In this document: positions 36,431 through 49,414 of the stretch, piece after piece
Numbering within the stretch: position 1 is the first letter of the stretch
How the letters are laid out: each line of letters opens with the position of its first letter
Assembly: GCA_030390025.1 (NCBI GenBank)
Contig: CM059432.1
Span: 152,398,001-152,462,000, forward strand
DNA length: 64,000 nucleotides
Direction: 5' to 3'
From: Squalus acanthias
Lineage: Eukaryota
Translations under genes and position numbers: made by a program
Notes under the pieces: model-generated
Seen by the model: only the letters and a program-made list of their open reading frames with translations
The model's database searches: none
Told to the model about the DNA's origin: nothing

Positions 36431-36558
36431 GGGGTCATTTTCACTTTGTGTGATAGTGTAACATGGGTGGTAATGGAAATAAAAATCGGGAGAGACGTAA
36501 ATGGGCTGCTGCTTCACTATCACCTGTGTTACACTATCGCTCAAAGCCAAAATTATCT
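36431..36558. mobile_element. Short palindromic MITE
   Basis: Imperfect inverted arms ctttgtgtgatagtgtaacatgggtg / cacctgtgttacactatcgctcaaag. Confidence 0.6.
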
Positions 36559-36649
36559 TTTTTTAAACTCGTGAGATTACAATTTGTTTTAAAATCCAAT
36601 ATTAAAAGTAACACTTTTCCAAATCCTTTCTGTGGAAAAATAGTGAAAA

Positions 36650-37100
36650 GAAAGATATATAGCACCTTTCACGACCACCAATCATCCCAAAGTGCTTTAC
36701 AACCAATGAAGTACTTGCTGAAGTGTAGTCACTGTTGTAATGTAGGAAACACGGCAACCAATTTGTGCACAGCAAGCTCCCACAAACAGCAACATGATAA
36801 TGACCAGATAAGCTGATTTTAGTGATGTTGGTTGAGGGATAAATATTGGCCAGGACACTGGGGAGAACTCCGCTGCTCTTCTTCGAAATAGTGCCATAGG
36901 AGTTTTTACGTCCACCTGAGAGAGCAGACGGGGCCTCAATTTAACGTCTCCTCCGAAGGACAGCACCTCTAACAGTGCAGCACTCCCTCAGTACTGCACT
37001 GGAGTGTCAGCCTAGATTTTTGTGTTCAAGTCCCTGGAGTGGGACTATGAACCCACAACCTTCTGACTCAGAGGCGAGAGTGATATTAGCTGAGCCACAG
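36650..37100 (-). mobile_element. SacSINE1-like DeuSINE (tRNA head, Deu domain); further copies at ~43625-44220 and 45200-45454 + 50155-50340
   Basis: Minus strand gtggctcag..gggttcatagtcc (A/B boxes) and Deu-like core gcactgttagaggtgctgtccttcggaggagacgttaaattgaggccc. Confidence 0.8.
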
Positions 37101-37569
37101 AAATCCTGAAACATGATAATGATTAAGAGCCATTTGAGCTCATAACTGGGAGGTTGAATGGCTGAATCGAATTTCACTTGCAAATTTAAAAGCCAAATGT
37201 CAGTGTTGCCGAAACTGCCATTGGACTCAATAATGTTCACACTGTTATAATACTTCTTCTTGTCACCAAAAATCGAGTACAAGTAAGGGTATTATACTAA
37301 TGTGAGGATTCACATGTGAGAAGGAGTAAAGATCGGTTTACAAGGCTCGTGAATTGCCTGACTTTAACCTAAAGCTGGTTAGATTGATCAGACGACACTT
37401 GAATTAAATAAGTTTGTGTTTCAAACTTAGTAATTGAGTTATGAGGACTAGGAAGGTCCCTGTTTCTTTACCTGGTGTGTGCTAAGTTAGCTTGTTGATC
37501 TCAACTGAGTGGTAGGGGCACTACTATTGGCCACAGCTCCCATGGGTTACGGTTGGAAAATTAGCTTCT

Positions 37570-39254
37570 TTATATTTTATTCATTCATGGGATGTGGGCG
37601 TCGCTGGCAAGGCCAGCATTTATTGCCCGTCCCTAATTGTCCTTCAGAAGGTGGTGGTGAGCCGCCGCCTTGAACCGCGGCAGTCCTTGCGGTGAAGGTA
37701 CTCCCACAGTGCTGTTAGGTAGGAGTTCCAGGATTTTGACCCAGCAACGATGAAGGAACAATGATAAAGTTCCAAGTCAGAATGGTGAGTGACTTGAGGG
37801 GAACTTGGAGGTGATGATGTTCCCATGCGCCTGCTGCCCTTGTCCTTCATGGCGGTGGAGGTCGCAGGTTTGGGAGGTGCTGTCACAGAAGTCTTGGCGA
37901 GTTGCTGCAGTGCATCTTATTGATGGTAGACACTGCAGCCACGGTACGCCAGTGGTGGAGGGAGTGAATGTTTAAGGTGGTGGATGGGGTGCCAATCAAG
38001 CAGGCTGCTTTGTCCTGGATGGTGTTGAGCTTCTTGAGTGTTGTTGGAGCTGCACTCATCCAGGCAAGTGGAGAGTATTCCATCATATTCCTGACTTGTG
38101 GCTTGTAGATAGTGGAAAGGCTTTGGGGAGTCAAGAGATGAGTCACTCACTGCAGAATACCCAGCCTCTGACTCTGTAGGCACAATACAAGTTAAGATTC
38201 TGGTCAATGGTGACCCCCCCAGGATGTTGATAGTGGGGGATTCGGCGATGGTAATGCTGTTGAATGTCAAGGGGAGATGGTTTGGCTCTCTCTTGTTGAA
38301 GATAGTCATTGCCTAGCACTTGTATGGCACGAATATTACTTGCCACTTATCAGCCCAAGCCTGAATGTTGTCCAGGTTTTGCTGCATGCGGGCACAGACT
38401 GCTTCATTATCTGAGGAGTTGCGAACGGAACTGATCACTGACTGCAAATGAACATCCTCACTTCTGATCTTATGATGGAGGGAAGTTCATTGATGAAGCA
38501 GCTGAAGATGGTTGGGCCTAGGACACTACCCTGAGGAACTCCTGCGATGTCCTAGGGCTGAGATGATTGGCCTCCAACAACCACAACCATCTTCCTTTGT
38601 GCTAGGTATGACTCCAGCCAGTGGAGAGTTTTCCCCCGATTCCCATTGACTTCAGTTTTACTAGGGCTCCTTGATGCCACACTTGGTCAAATGCCGCCTT
38701 GATGTCAAGGGCAGTCACTTTCACCTCACCTCTGGAATTCAGCTCTTTTGTCCACGTTTGGACCAAGGCTGTAATGAGGTCTGGAGCTGAGTGATCCTGG
38801 CAGAACCCAAACTGAGCATCGGTGAGCAGGTTATTAGTGAGTAAGTGCCGCTTGATAGCACTGTCGACGACACCTTCCATCACTTTGCTGATGATTGAAA
38901 GTAGACTGAAGGGGCAGTAATTACCCGGATTGGATTTGTCCTGATTTTTGTGGACAGGACATACCTGGGTAATTTTCCACTTTGTTGGGTAGATGCCAGT
39001 GTTATAGCTGTACTGGAACAGCTTGGCTAGAGGCGTGGATAGTTCTGGAGCACAAGTCACCAGCACTACAGCCGGGATGCTGTCAGGGCCCATAGCCTTT
39101 GCTGTATCCAGTGCGCTCAGCCGTTTCTTGATATCACGTGGAGTGAATCAAATTGGATGAAGACTGGCTTCTGTGATGGTGGGGACCTCCGGAGAAGGCC
39201 GAGGTGGATCATCCACTCAGCACTTCTGGCTGAAGATGGTTGCGAACGCTTCAG
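37570..39254 (-). mobile_element. CR1/L2-group LINE (second family), RT to 3' tail, decayed
   Basis: ORF 38602-39093 (GPDSIP..QFGF..ALDIKAAFDQVWH) and ORF 37883-38146. Confidence 0.85.
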
Positions 39255-41797
39255 TTCAGAAGCAGACTGGGTAAACAAGGAACAACCCTTGCCTCATTCA
39301 CTTCACTTTCGCATAACATCACTGCATGTCTTATCAAAGTTTTGAAAAATTATGACAACAAGAAGGCATTGCATCCAGCCAGAGAAGAGGAGACTGAAGG
39401 CAGGAGGAACAGACCCTTGGGAGTGGATGACAGCAAACACTCAGAAATATCACATGTGCCACTGGAGAGAGATGGCACCAGCATTGAGTGCTAACTCCCC
39501 TCATCTCCAGGACAGCAGAATAGTACTGGAAAACATTCCACATCCTCAGCAGGGAAGGCAAGATACTCTTCCTTTTCTTTCTAATTATCATGGGCACCAG
39601 CACAGTCTTCATCTTTTTATGATGCGGAGATGCCGGTGTTGGACTGGGGTGGACAAAAATGAGAAGTCGCACAACACCAGGTTATAGTCTAACAGTTTTA
39701 TTTGAAATTACGAGCTTTCCCTCACTGTACCTGACGAAGGAGCAGCGCTCCGAAAGCTTGTAATTTCAAATAAAACTGTTGGACTATAACCTGGTGTTGT
39801 GCGACTTCTCATTTTCATCTTTTTAAAGCAACACTTGCACAACTAATCCTTCACAATGATGTTTGGTTAAGGATGGCTTTAACTCGGGATCATGCACTCT
39901 AGCTACCCAGTTCCCCTAACAGCAATAACTTGCATGCACAAGCCTATAACCCCTTCCTCCATTTTAACAGGCTGATACTCCCCCATATCTTACTTCAGCT
40001 TTCCCATGACACTTTGCACACACTCCTCAATTGCTGGCCTTCTCCTCATTTGCCCTATCTTCTTGCAGGGGAAATTGGCACACAATGCCTGCCAGAGGCA
40101 GGCCACTGGCTTCCCTAATTTCAATTACCTCGCCCCCTTCAAGGAGAAGGCTGTGCAGCTTGTGGAGAGGCATTGAGCTCTTCCCATGAAAGATGGTGAG
40201 ATCGGCAGCATCATGTTGGCTCAGGTTACTGCCTGAGCACCTACACTGTTGCCCTGGCATTCCTGTGAAGAACCACACAGACACAAGCTTCCCCCCTTCT
40301 CTGTCTTCTTAATCCCAAGGGAATATGGCTCAGCCATTCTTAGCTTATCCCTCCCTTTCCTTGCAGGTCTGCCACAGCAACAGGCACCACAGGAGGAGGA
40401 AGTAGGACAGCAGCACATACCAGGCCTCCGGCCATCCTCCTCAGAACACCATGCCAGTGGAACATGGGAGGCAACATCAAGCTGCTCAGGAGCAAGCTGA
40501 CATGAGATGAGAACCACTTCAGCCCCATGACCCTTCTGTACAGCATGAGGAGCCAACCACTTCCCATGATCCTGGCCCTCAGGTGGCACTTAGTAGGGGC
40601 ACCAGAATAGATGCAAGAAAGACACATGTAGGCGCCCACCAACAGTGTTAGGAAAGAGTAAGGTGTTTGTGTGCATTTTGCAATTATTGTATTAAAATGT
40701 ACTGTGTGCACTGACAGGGCACTTTGTTATTCCTGGATATCCTGCAGGAAAGGGTGCACTCATTTGGTGCTGAATTATTCACTCAAGTGACGATTACTGG
40801 AACAGTCATGTAGAGTCAAAGAGGGTTGATGTGTTATCATGTGGTCGGATGGGTGGTGGTTTGAGGGAAAATCTCTTTATTTGCAAGGGAAGGAGATCAG
40901 GCTGTGGTGTCAAAGGTGGACTGTGTTACACAGAAGAGAAGACTTCACAGATGATCTGTTTTCTGATGCCCCTTTCAGCAGTCACTGAGGCTGCCTCTGA
41001 ATGTAGATCACCACGCTGAATTTCCTCCAAGGGCGCAATCGACAAATTGTGCTCAAAACACGCTCGACACTGCGCCCACCTGGCCGAGGTGAAATTGGGC
41101 ACAGGTTTCCGCGCAAACTAATTAACATAAGCCCAAACGTAAAACCTCCCACGAATCAGCGCAATCAACTAGCGCAATCGAACATAATCGTTGATGACTG
41201 GAACAGAGCCAATGGGGCCTCAAGGTGATAGGGTAGGGTAGTATAAAAGGTGAGGGGAAAAAATTCCCCTTTCGTGTAAGGCTGGAGACTACAAGGTAAG
41301 CAGCACTTATCTCGCTGTCCTGCAAACTTTTACAGTAATTAATTTAAATCGCTGTACAGTCTGAAGTATTTTAACTTTACCCTCCTTGCAGAGGAATAGC
41401 CATAACCTAAGCTTCCTTCAAGTTTTTTAAAGATGTGTAGCAGGGCAGGCCTGAGGCTTTGATTCACTGCTAGTCAGCTGATTTGCACTGGATTCATGTG
41501 ACCATAGGTGCCTGTGTGCCTGTGAATCTGGGCGCAATGTAATGAACCCCCCGAACAAGCGCAATTGGTGGAAACGCGCCTTTTGGTCCTGGGGGCGTGG
41601 CCAGTTTTGTGGGCGGGGACTGGTTTGAGGGAAGGGTTCAATGGACAGACTTAAAAGATCGCAAATACTTGGGTGTATTCTAGTTACGGCTGTAACTCAT
41701 TTATGCCTAAAATTCTGTGATGTTTTACGCTATTTGACTTGATTCTGTCCAGATTATGATGTTATCCGGGCGGAAATCAGGCAGAAACTCAGGGCCC
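39255..41797. mobile_element. Decayed Harbinger derivative with Myb/SANT remnant (+) and possible transposase C-terminal remnant (-)
   Basis: Plus 39460-39565 W.EMA..LSANS..SRTAE..KTF..L; plus 40068 KLAHN..RQATG; minus ~41056-40925 HNLSI..GIRKQIICEVF. Candidate TIR gaaactcagggccc; left end not found. Confidence 0.5.
39620..39813 (-). mobile_element. Minimal PLE insertion (pLTR inverted pair + tail) with hammerhead motif at 39731-39760 (+)
   Basis: 12-bp TSD ttcatcttttta at 39608-39619 and 39814-39825. Motif CTGACGA-aggagcagcgctcc-GAAA-gctt. Confidence 0.88.
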
Positions 41798-41921
41798 ACA
41801 TTTGCTCCATTTTTACCCTCATGGCACCCGATAACCATAAGTTGACTTTGCTGGACCAATGTTCACAAATTTAAAATAAAGTATTTTAAACACAACTTTT
41901 TCCAGTAACCTTTATCAAGTA

Positions 41922-42477
41922 ACATAGAAACATAGAAGATAGGAGCAGGAGTAGGCCATTCGGCCCCTCGAGCCTCTTCCACCATTCAATGCGAACATGG
42001 CTGATCATCCAAATTCAGTACCCTGTCCCTGCTTTCTCCCCATATCCCTTGATCCCTTTAGCCTTAAGAAATATATCTAACTCCTTCTTGAATATATTTA
42101 ATGAGTTGGCCTCAACTGCCTTCTGTGGTAGAGAATTCCACAGGTTCACCACTCTCTGGGTGAAGAAATTCCTCCTCATCTCAGTCCTAAATGGCTTACC
42201 CCTTATCCTTAGACTGTGACCCCTGGTTCTGGACTCCCCCACCATCGGGAACATCCTTCCTGCATCTAGTCTGTCTAGTCCTGTTAGAATTTTATAAGTT
42301 TCAATGAGATCCCCTCTCATTCTTCTAAACTCTAGCGAATATAAGCCTAATCGACCCAATCTCTCTTCATACGTCATTCCTGCCATCCCAGGTATCAGTC
42401 TGGTGAATCTTCTCTGCACTCCCTCCATGGCAAGAACATCCTTCCTCAGATAAGGCGACCAAAACTGCACACAATAC
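41922..42477 (-). mobile_element. Young CR1 3' fragment
   Basis: ORF 42015-42482 and tail (ttctatgt)n. Confidence 0.92.
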
Positions 42478-43018
42478 AACAAGGGGAGGCCTCATAGCTG
42501 ATTCTCAGCAGGTATGAGCTGTGGAAGAGATGGTGATACTCTTACAAAGTTCAGGAACCCCTGTGCTAATAGGTCAGCAGTCTGTAATTTTCAGAATGGG
42601 TTGTGGTATTGGCTGATGGTTGTTTGGGTTAGTTTGACATTCAGGCTGATGGTAGATTGGGTTGGATCAGGCAGAGGTATCTTCTACCAGTATAGGTTTT
42701 GCCAAAAGAGCATGGCCCATCATATGCACTCATACTTCACAAGCACTATAACTCGCCACATTAAATTACACTTTCCTATCAGATGTCCCTGTCCGCTACT
42801 TTAAAGGAAGTGTCAGCCCATTTAAAATTAACAGGTTGATGCTCTCCTTAAAGCAGTGGACAGGGAACTTCATAACAGTATGATCAATGTTCATCCAATA
42901 ATCCACAATATAATCTCCAGGCTCGTGTCACTTGGAATATGATAGTCTGCAATCTTTCAATGTGCTGTAAGGGAAGCTTCTTTTTCCAGATTGTAGCACG
43001 CTAACCATAGGAAATTAC

Positions 43019-43445
43019 AATAGCAAAATACTGCGGATGCTGGAAATCTGAAATAACAACAGAAAATGCTGGAAACACTCAGCAGGCCAGGCAGCATCCG
43101 TGGAGAGAGAAACAGAGTTAACGTTTCAGGTCGGAGACCCTTCGTCAGAACTGGTAAAAGTTGGGGATGTAACAGATTTTAAGCAGGTGCAGAGGCAGGG
43201 AAAGGGGAGGGGGGGGGTAGGGGAGGAAGGAACTGAAGGCATAGTCTGTGCTAGAATGCAAGGCAGGAGAGATTAAATGTTGCAAATGGGGATGGCAGAA
43301 TCATCAACAGCTGCTGCCTGAAAAAATGGGGGGGTTATAGTCTGAAATTGTTGAACTGAATGTTGAGTCCAGAAGGCTGTAAAGTGCCTAATCGAAAGAT
43401 GAGGTGCTGTTCCTCGAGCTTACGTTGAGCTTCATTGGAACAGTG
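43019..43445 (-). mobile_element. 3' part of second PLE family with hammerhead motif (43116-43152)
   Basis: Minus strand matches the PLE end at 62760-62900, then agtt-CTGACGA-agggtctccgacct-GAAACGTT-aact. Confidence 0.85.
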
Positions 43446-43861
43446 TTTGGCTCAGCTAATCAAGTAAAGGAACTAGCAACTCCATTACTTTACATATATT
43501 TCATGTACTTTAGTGGAACATAATTGCAGACCATTACAAAAAGACTTTCAGACTGCTGTGGTATCTGTGTTCTGGTCCCAGCTCATGAACCCATGCTAAG
43601 GTAATTGAAACTGTGTGCACTAAGAAAGAAAGAACGAACTTACCTTTATCTACCGCTTTTCACATCCTCAGGGCGCCCCAAGGCACTTCACAGCCAATGA
43701 ATTACTTCTGAAATGTAGTCACTGCTCTTTCATAGGCAAACAAAGCAGCCAATTTCTGCACACCAAGGTCCCACAACCTACAAATGAGATAATCTGTTTT
43801 GTTCGTGTTGGTTAAGGGATTAATGTTGATCAAGACATCAAGAGAACTTCCCTCCTCTTAT

Positions 43862-44140
43862 TCACAGCGCCAGGGACCCGGGTTCAAATCCGGCCTCGGG
43901 TGACTGTCTGTGTGGAGTTTGCACATTCTCCCCGTGTCTGCGTGGGTTTCCTCCGGGTGCTCCGGTTTCCTCCCACAGTCCAAAGATGTGCGGGTTAGGT
44001 TGATTTGGCTATGATAAATTGACCCTTAGTGTTAGGGGGGGATTAAATAAACGGGGATAGGGTGGGATATGTGTCGGTGCAGGCTCGATGGGCCGAAATG
44101 GCCTCTATCTGCACTGTGGGGATTCTGTGATTCTGTGATT
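43862..44140 (+). mobile_element. HE1-type V-SINE, 5'-clipped
   Basis: B box gggttcaaatcc, V-domain gtggagtttgcacattctccccgtgtctgcgtgggtttcctccgggtgctccggtttcctcccaca, and CR1-like tail (gattctgt)n. Confidence 0.9.
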
Positions 44141-45483
44141 CACTAAAGTGCCATGGGATCTTTTGTGTCTAGCTGAACAGACAGATGGAGCCTTGGTTAA
44201 AGTCTCATCCAAAAGATAGGTTGTTCGTTTGAAATTTTTAACTTTAAGATTCCTTAGTTGCAATGATTGTAAAAATCAATAATTATAGTTTGAATGGGAA
44301 AAGGCTGGATGATGTGGAAGAGCAGAGGGATTTGGGAGTTCGGATTCACAAGGCATTTAAAGCAGCCCATCATATGGATAAGGCCATAAAACAGCTAACA
44401 GAATACTGGGTTTTCTGGCAAGTGGTATTGAATATAAAAGCTGAGGTGTAATGGTAAGCCTATTTAAAACCTTAGTAAGACCACAGTTCGAGTACTAGGT
44501 GCAGTTTTCGGCTCCACACTGTAGGAAGGATGTTAAGGCAATTGAAAAGGTACAGTGCGGATTCACTAGGTTGCTGTCTGGTATGAGGAAGTATAATATG
44601 TAGAAAGACTTGAAACTTCCCATATTATTCTGTATTCATAACTTGAATTTATAAGTTTAGTGTTATATCTTTCAGATCATATTGGATATGAAAGGATTGA
44701 AGCATTTAACTCCCTCCTCACAGTGACAGAATTCAGTGCTGCCTCTGTACTGATACCTATTCCCCCAACTCCACTCTCGGTCTTTTGAATTTTGAAATCA
44801 TTATTCTCGAAGCACTTTTATTTCAGCAGATTTTGTGTGACTACATGAGGTAAGACACACATTGGCATTTATGAGGTAATATCTGGCTTCACACACCAAA
44901 TCAAGATACTTCTTGATTTTTGGTAGTTATTTTGCATTATATACATTTTTGAGCAACGCAGTCGTTCTTGTAAGTTCAATAAGGAATGTGCATCAAGAAG
45001 TGAATCCCATTGAATGGAGGGAAGGCTACCTCTGGAATGCTAATTTTCAAAGATGCTTGGTTTATTTGGGCAAGTGTGAGCTGAACAAACTCACTATCGT
45101 AAAAGTGTCAGTGTTGAAATTCAAGTATGTTACTTTATTGGGTTTAAATTCCATTGTGCAGATCTTTTATAATATATTGTTGGAATGTTGGAAAAGAAAA
45201 AAAAGAACTTGCACATTTCACATCTTCAGGATGTCCCAAAGCATTTCACAGCCAATTAATTAGGTTTTGAAGTGCAGTCACTGTTGTTTTGTAGGCATAC
45301 ACAACAGCCAAGTTTCATACAGTAAGATCCCAGAAACAGCAATTAAATGAATGACCAGTTAATCTGTTTTGACAGTGCTGGGTGAGGGAGGAATGTTGGC
45401 TAGTACACCAGGAGAACTTCCTGGTCCTCCTCAAAAGAAAATGCCACAGGATAGTATAAGATCCCAGATTTTTGAAAGGCATA

Positions 45484-46284
45484 GGGGAAAAATTGGGTAT
45501 CGCCCATTTTGGGGCGCTAATATCGGCCGGGCGCAAAGTTTAGCACCCGGCGCTAATTATCACCTCCGACTGCAAAATTCGTCTCCATCGCCCCTGGAGG
45601 TGATTTGAGCGCTAAATCAAGTGCTACACACCTCTCTTAAGGCACAAATGTCAGGGAGCGAGGCGCTACCTCAGAACGCTACCAAAGCTCAGGCGATGTC
45701 AGTTACCATGGAAGCCAGACAGACTGGCGCCGTCCAGTTCTTAAAGGGGAGGGGCCATCTTGCTGGCCAGCCACACCCTGCTCATTGCAGCCTTGAATCT
45801 CGGCCTGGAGAGACCTCCAAAGCAATTGTGTTGGAAGCACTAATGGATAGGCCCAGGGAAAGAGCTCGGCACTTAGGAACCTCAAAAGTGGTGCTGAGGG
45901 CCAAAACTCCTTAGGACAGCGTTAAAACTAAAAATTTTGCCGACAAGAAAAGGCAGGAAGCGCCCGCCTTTAAATAGCGCTCCCCCAGCCCCTTCCTGAC
46001 TTGAAAACGTTCCCCTCTACCTGTTGTTCCTAGCGGCAGGCGCTAAGGCAGGGGGCGCAACTCAATATCCGGTCTGGGATGTGACCAGGGCGTTGCACGC
46101 TTGACTGACGTCACGATCTGCGGGTGCAGGAGTTCGTGGTGGTAGTGTTTAGCGCCGCCGCAAAACGACTGGTCAATTTTGCGAGTGGCGCTAAAATCAC
46201 CGCGCTCGGGCGCTAAGTTCCTAGCGCCCTGTTAGCGCCCCCAGAGGCGCTAACGGGAGGCGCTAACCAACCAAATTTTCCCCC
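45484..46284. mobile_element. PIF/Harbinger-type MITE
   Basis: TIR GGGGAAAAATTGG / CCAAATTTTCCCCC and TSD ATA. Homologous to 56210-57103. Confidence 0.85.
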
Positions 46285-48661
46285 ATAGCTTTGAGTCCAA
46301 AACGTCACCATGCTGTGATTTTTGATGTCTGCAGAAAAATTCTTAAATTCTTAAAACTGCTGGATCTCTTACTACACCATCAATATTCATGCAGTCTGAA
46401 AGCCATGGTCACCTACTTAAAAGAAAAGAAAACAGAGAATTCACTGTGGCTCTGCTTAAGAGCCCAAGGTTAATTTGTGTCAAATCATAATTTCCTTCTG
46501 TCACCGTGGGAAAATAAGAAACTTAAATTTAATAATGTCCAATATATAAATTTAATTCAGCAATATAAAAGTTGTGTGGTGAATTTAAAAAAACAGCTCT
46601 CTGCGGAAAGGTTATCTCCTTTGTAGGTTTATAAGAAGGTGGAGCAAAATATCGTCAGACGCATGCAATAGCGTCACTTGACGTAAATTTTTTTAAACTT
46701 TCCCGATCGAAAAAGAACCAAGCGCCAATTAACTTTTTCCAAGTCTTTGTACCTTCAAAACATTCTTCGGAATTAAAAATCCATGAAAACAGCAGAAATC
46801 AGTAGTAACATCATTGTTAACGTGAAAAAAAAAACATTCTTATCAGGGAAGACAACATTTTAGATTAAACTCCAATTGTTTTTAAACTTTTTAGTATTTT
46901 TTTAAAGAGTTTCCAGTACAACCAAGATGTTTAACAAGCAGAATCACCTCAAATGTCCTAAAATTCCAATTCAAATCATTAAATATTTAAGAAATTCAAA
47001 ACTGCCAATGTGAAAGTCTAACATCCAGAATTAGAAACCTTCACACAATTTAAAATAGTAACCAGAATCTCACTGTGGCCACAATGAAAGTTGGGTTTTC
47101 ACAATTGAATAGGTTAACCTCAATAATTCCAATTTAATTTGGACCAATATGTTATTAACTAAACACAATACAGAACAGATAAAATAAAACAAAATAGCAC
47201 ATGCTTACGAATAGATTATGCCATTTTTTTTTTCAGACGCCTTTCCAAATGACTGTAAAAATACTGAATATAACTGGAGAAAAATTAGTTTTCACATTTA
47301 AATAAATCAAATCAAAGTGCTTTGGAAATTTCAAACTAAGTACCAGGCATCATAGCAACCACGATTCCAAGGTTAAATCTTACCTTTTTTTTAAAAACAA
47401 ACTGCCTCTGCCTTTGCAGTTGCATAAGCTGTCCCAGTTAAAATAAATCCACACCAGCGTCTTTAACTAAAATGGAAATCACAAAGTTTTCCCCACTTCT
47501 AGGTGCACAATCTTAAATTGAAATGAACATACTCAATCAACCACATTCATGCAACTTAGAAATATTGATCCCTGTAATGGGTTATGAACTCAAAGTGCCA
47601 AATTTATATGTGAAATTCCCAGGTCGCGAGCTTGTTCACACAGTTTAATCAGTTCAAAAACCAAAGATATGGCTCAAGTTCCTCACAAATAATACACATG
47701 TGTATACATAAGTAAATCAATTAACAAACTTAAAACAGCACACGTCTGTAGGAAAGACATTAATTAAAAATATTTAATACTTTCAACATGAAGGACAAGA
47801 CTACAAAGAGTTAAACGGCTTTTAGCGTTGTGCACAGAACAGTGGGTGGAGCTAAAACAAACCTAACAGACACTTTTTTTAAAGATAGACTTTCAGACAA
47901 AAGAAACGCAGTAACTCCTTAAACATTCATAGTCAGGAAAACTTTGACACTTCAACGCACACTTTCACACAAACTGAAATTCCAGTGTCCTTTAAGTCTC
48001 CTTTCACTCAGTAATTCTCATGTTTCATTTTTCTCGGCACAAAAGCTGGCAGCATAAACCATCAGCTTCAATGCTGGTTTCACCTTTAAGTTCCTTTTTT
48101 ACACCTTTTGAACTGTCATCTCAGCAGCTTGTTTTGGTTCGCTAACTCCCTGTTTTTTCCCTTCATTTGCTGAGTATCCAGATTCCTGGTTTCCAGCTGT
48201 TGGAATTCTTTTCCCCGCTCTATTATTTTCTGCATTTCCAAATATTCCCCTTCTCTTATTCTCTGTGCTTCTAAATGTTTCCCCTCTCTTACTTCAACCT
48301 GCTGCGCAGAAATGGGTTGCGGAGTCTAACCAGCACTTCCCTTTGTCTAATTTGACCTTTCCCAGAGACACTTGGCTCTGGACTCACTCTGTTGCCTTTT
48401 GATATGAGTCTCCTTCCGGATTCGTCAGAAACGATACTAAAATAGTTACACTTAATTTTCTGAACTCTTTATCCGTGGCCTGCTCCACTTCTGTCATGCC
48501 CGCTATTTTTACTAACTTGTTGCTGTTACTACTGGTAGGTCACAGTGTCCTACACACCCCAAATATTTTCTTTACTTAACTGACTAGGTCACACTAACCA
48601 TGCCAGTCCGAAGATCTTGCCTGCACCGAATAGTTTAAAAAAGAATCACCTGTCAATCAAT

Positions 48662-48679
48662 CTCCTGGCTGGCTCACCA
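48662..48679 (-). promoter_or_regulatory. Primer binding site complementary to tRNA-Arg(ACG) 3' end
   Basis: TGGTGAGCCAGCCAGGAG, 3 nt downstream of the LTR end. 17/18 match to the complement of ...CTCCTGGCTGGCTCGCCA. Confidence 0.85.
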
Positions 48680-48907
48680 ATTTATAAGATCCCAGAGGGA
48701 CCCTGGTTCCAAATGATTTGAGGTTGACCCATGTTGGGGACAGTGATTTAACTTTATTCAGCACAAGCAAGACTTGATACATTACAATATTCGAGCAGCA
48801 GTTTACAGAGAACAGTTGAGACTTATATTACCCCGTTATCCTCTGGGTAGAAGCACAACCATGAGTAAGCTACACCCTGTGCCTCTTGACTCTTTGTCTC
48901 CCGGTGT

Positions 48908-49414
48908 CATGGAAGGAGTTCAGCGAAGATTCACAAGGCTGATACCTGGGATGGCAGGAATGACATATGAGGAGAGATTGGGTCGATTGGGCTTATACTC
49001 ACTGGAGTATAGAAGAATGAGAGGGGATCTCATCGAAACATATAAAATTCTGACAGGTCTGGACAAACTAGATGCAGGAAGAATGTTCCCGATGGTTGGA
49101 GAGTCCAGAACCAGGGGTCATAATCTACGGATAACGGGTAAACCATTTAGGTCAGAAATGAGGAAGAATTTCTTCACCCAGAGAGTGGTGAACCTGTGGA
49201 ATTCTCTACCACAGAAGGTAGTTGAGGCGAAGTCATTAAATATATTCAAGGATGAGTTAGATATATTTCTTAAAGCTAAAGGTATCAAGGGATATGGGGA
49301 GAAGGCAGGTACAGGGTACTGAGTTTAGATGATCAGCCATGATCTCATCGAATGGCGGAGCAGGCTCGAGGGGCCGAATGGCCTACTCCTGCTCCTATCT
49401 TCTATGTTTCTATG
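48908..49414 (+). mobile_element. CR1 3' fragment inserted in the LTR
   Basis: MEGVQRRFTRLIP..GEKAGTGY and tail. Confidence 0.92.

Noticed and set aside
37040..37100. tRNA-like sequence (also at 43862-43895)
   Set aside because: tRNA-derived SINE heads, not complete cloverleaf genes.
48774..49322. 182-aa ORF as a novel gene
   Set aside because: Chimera of antisense LTR sequence read into a CR1 ORF2 C-terminal fragment.
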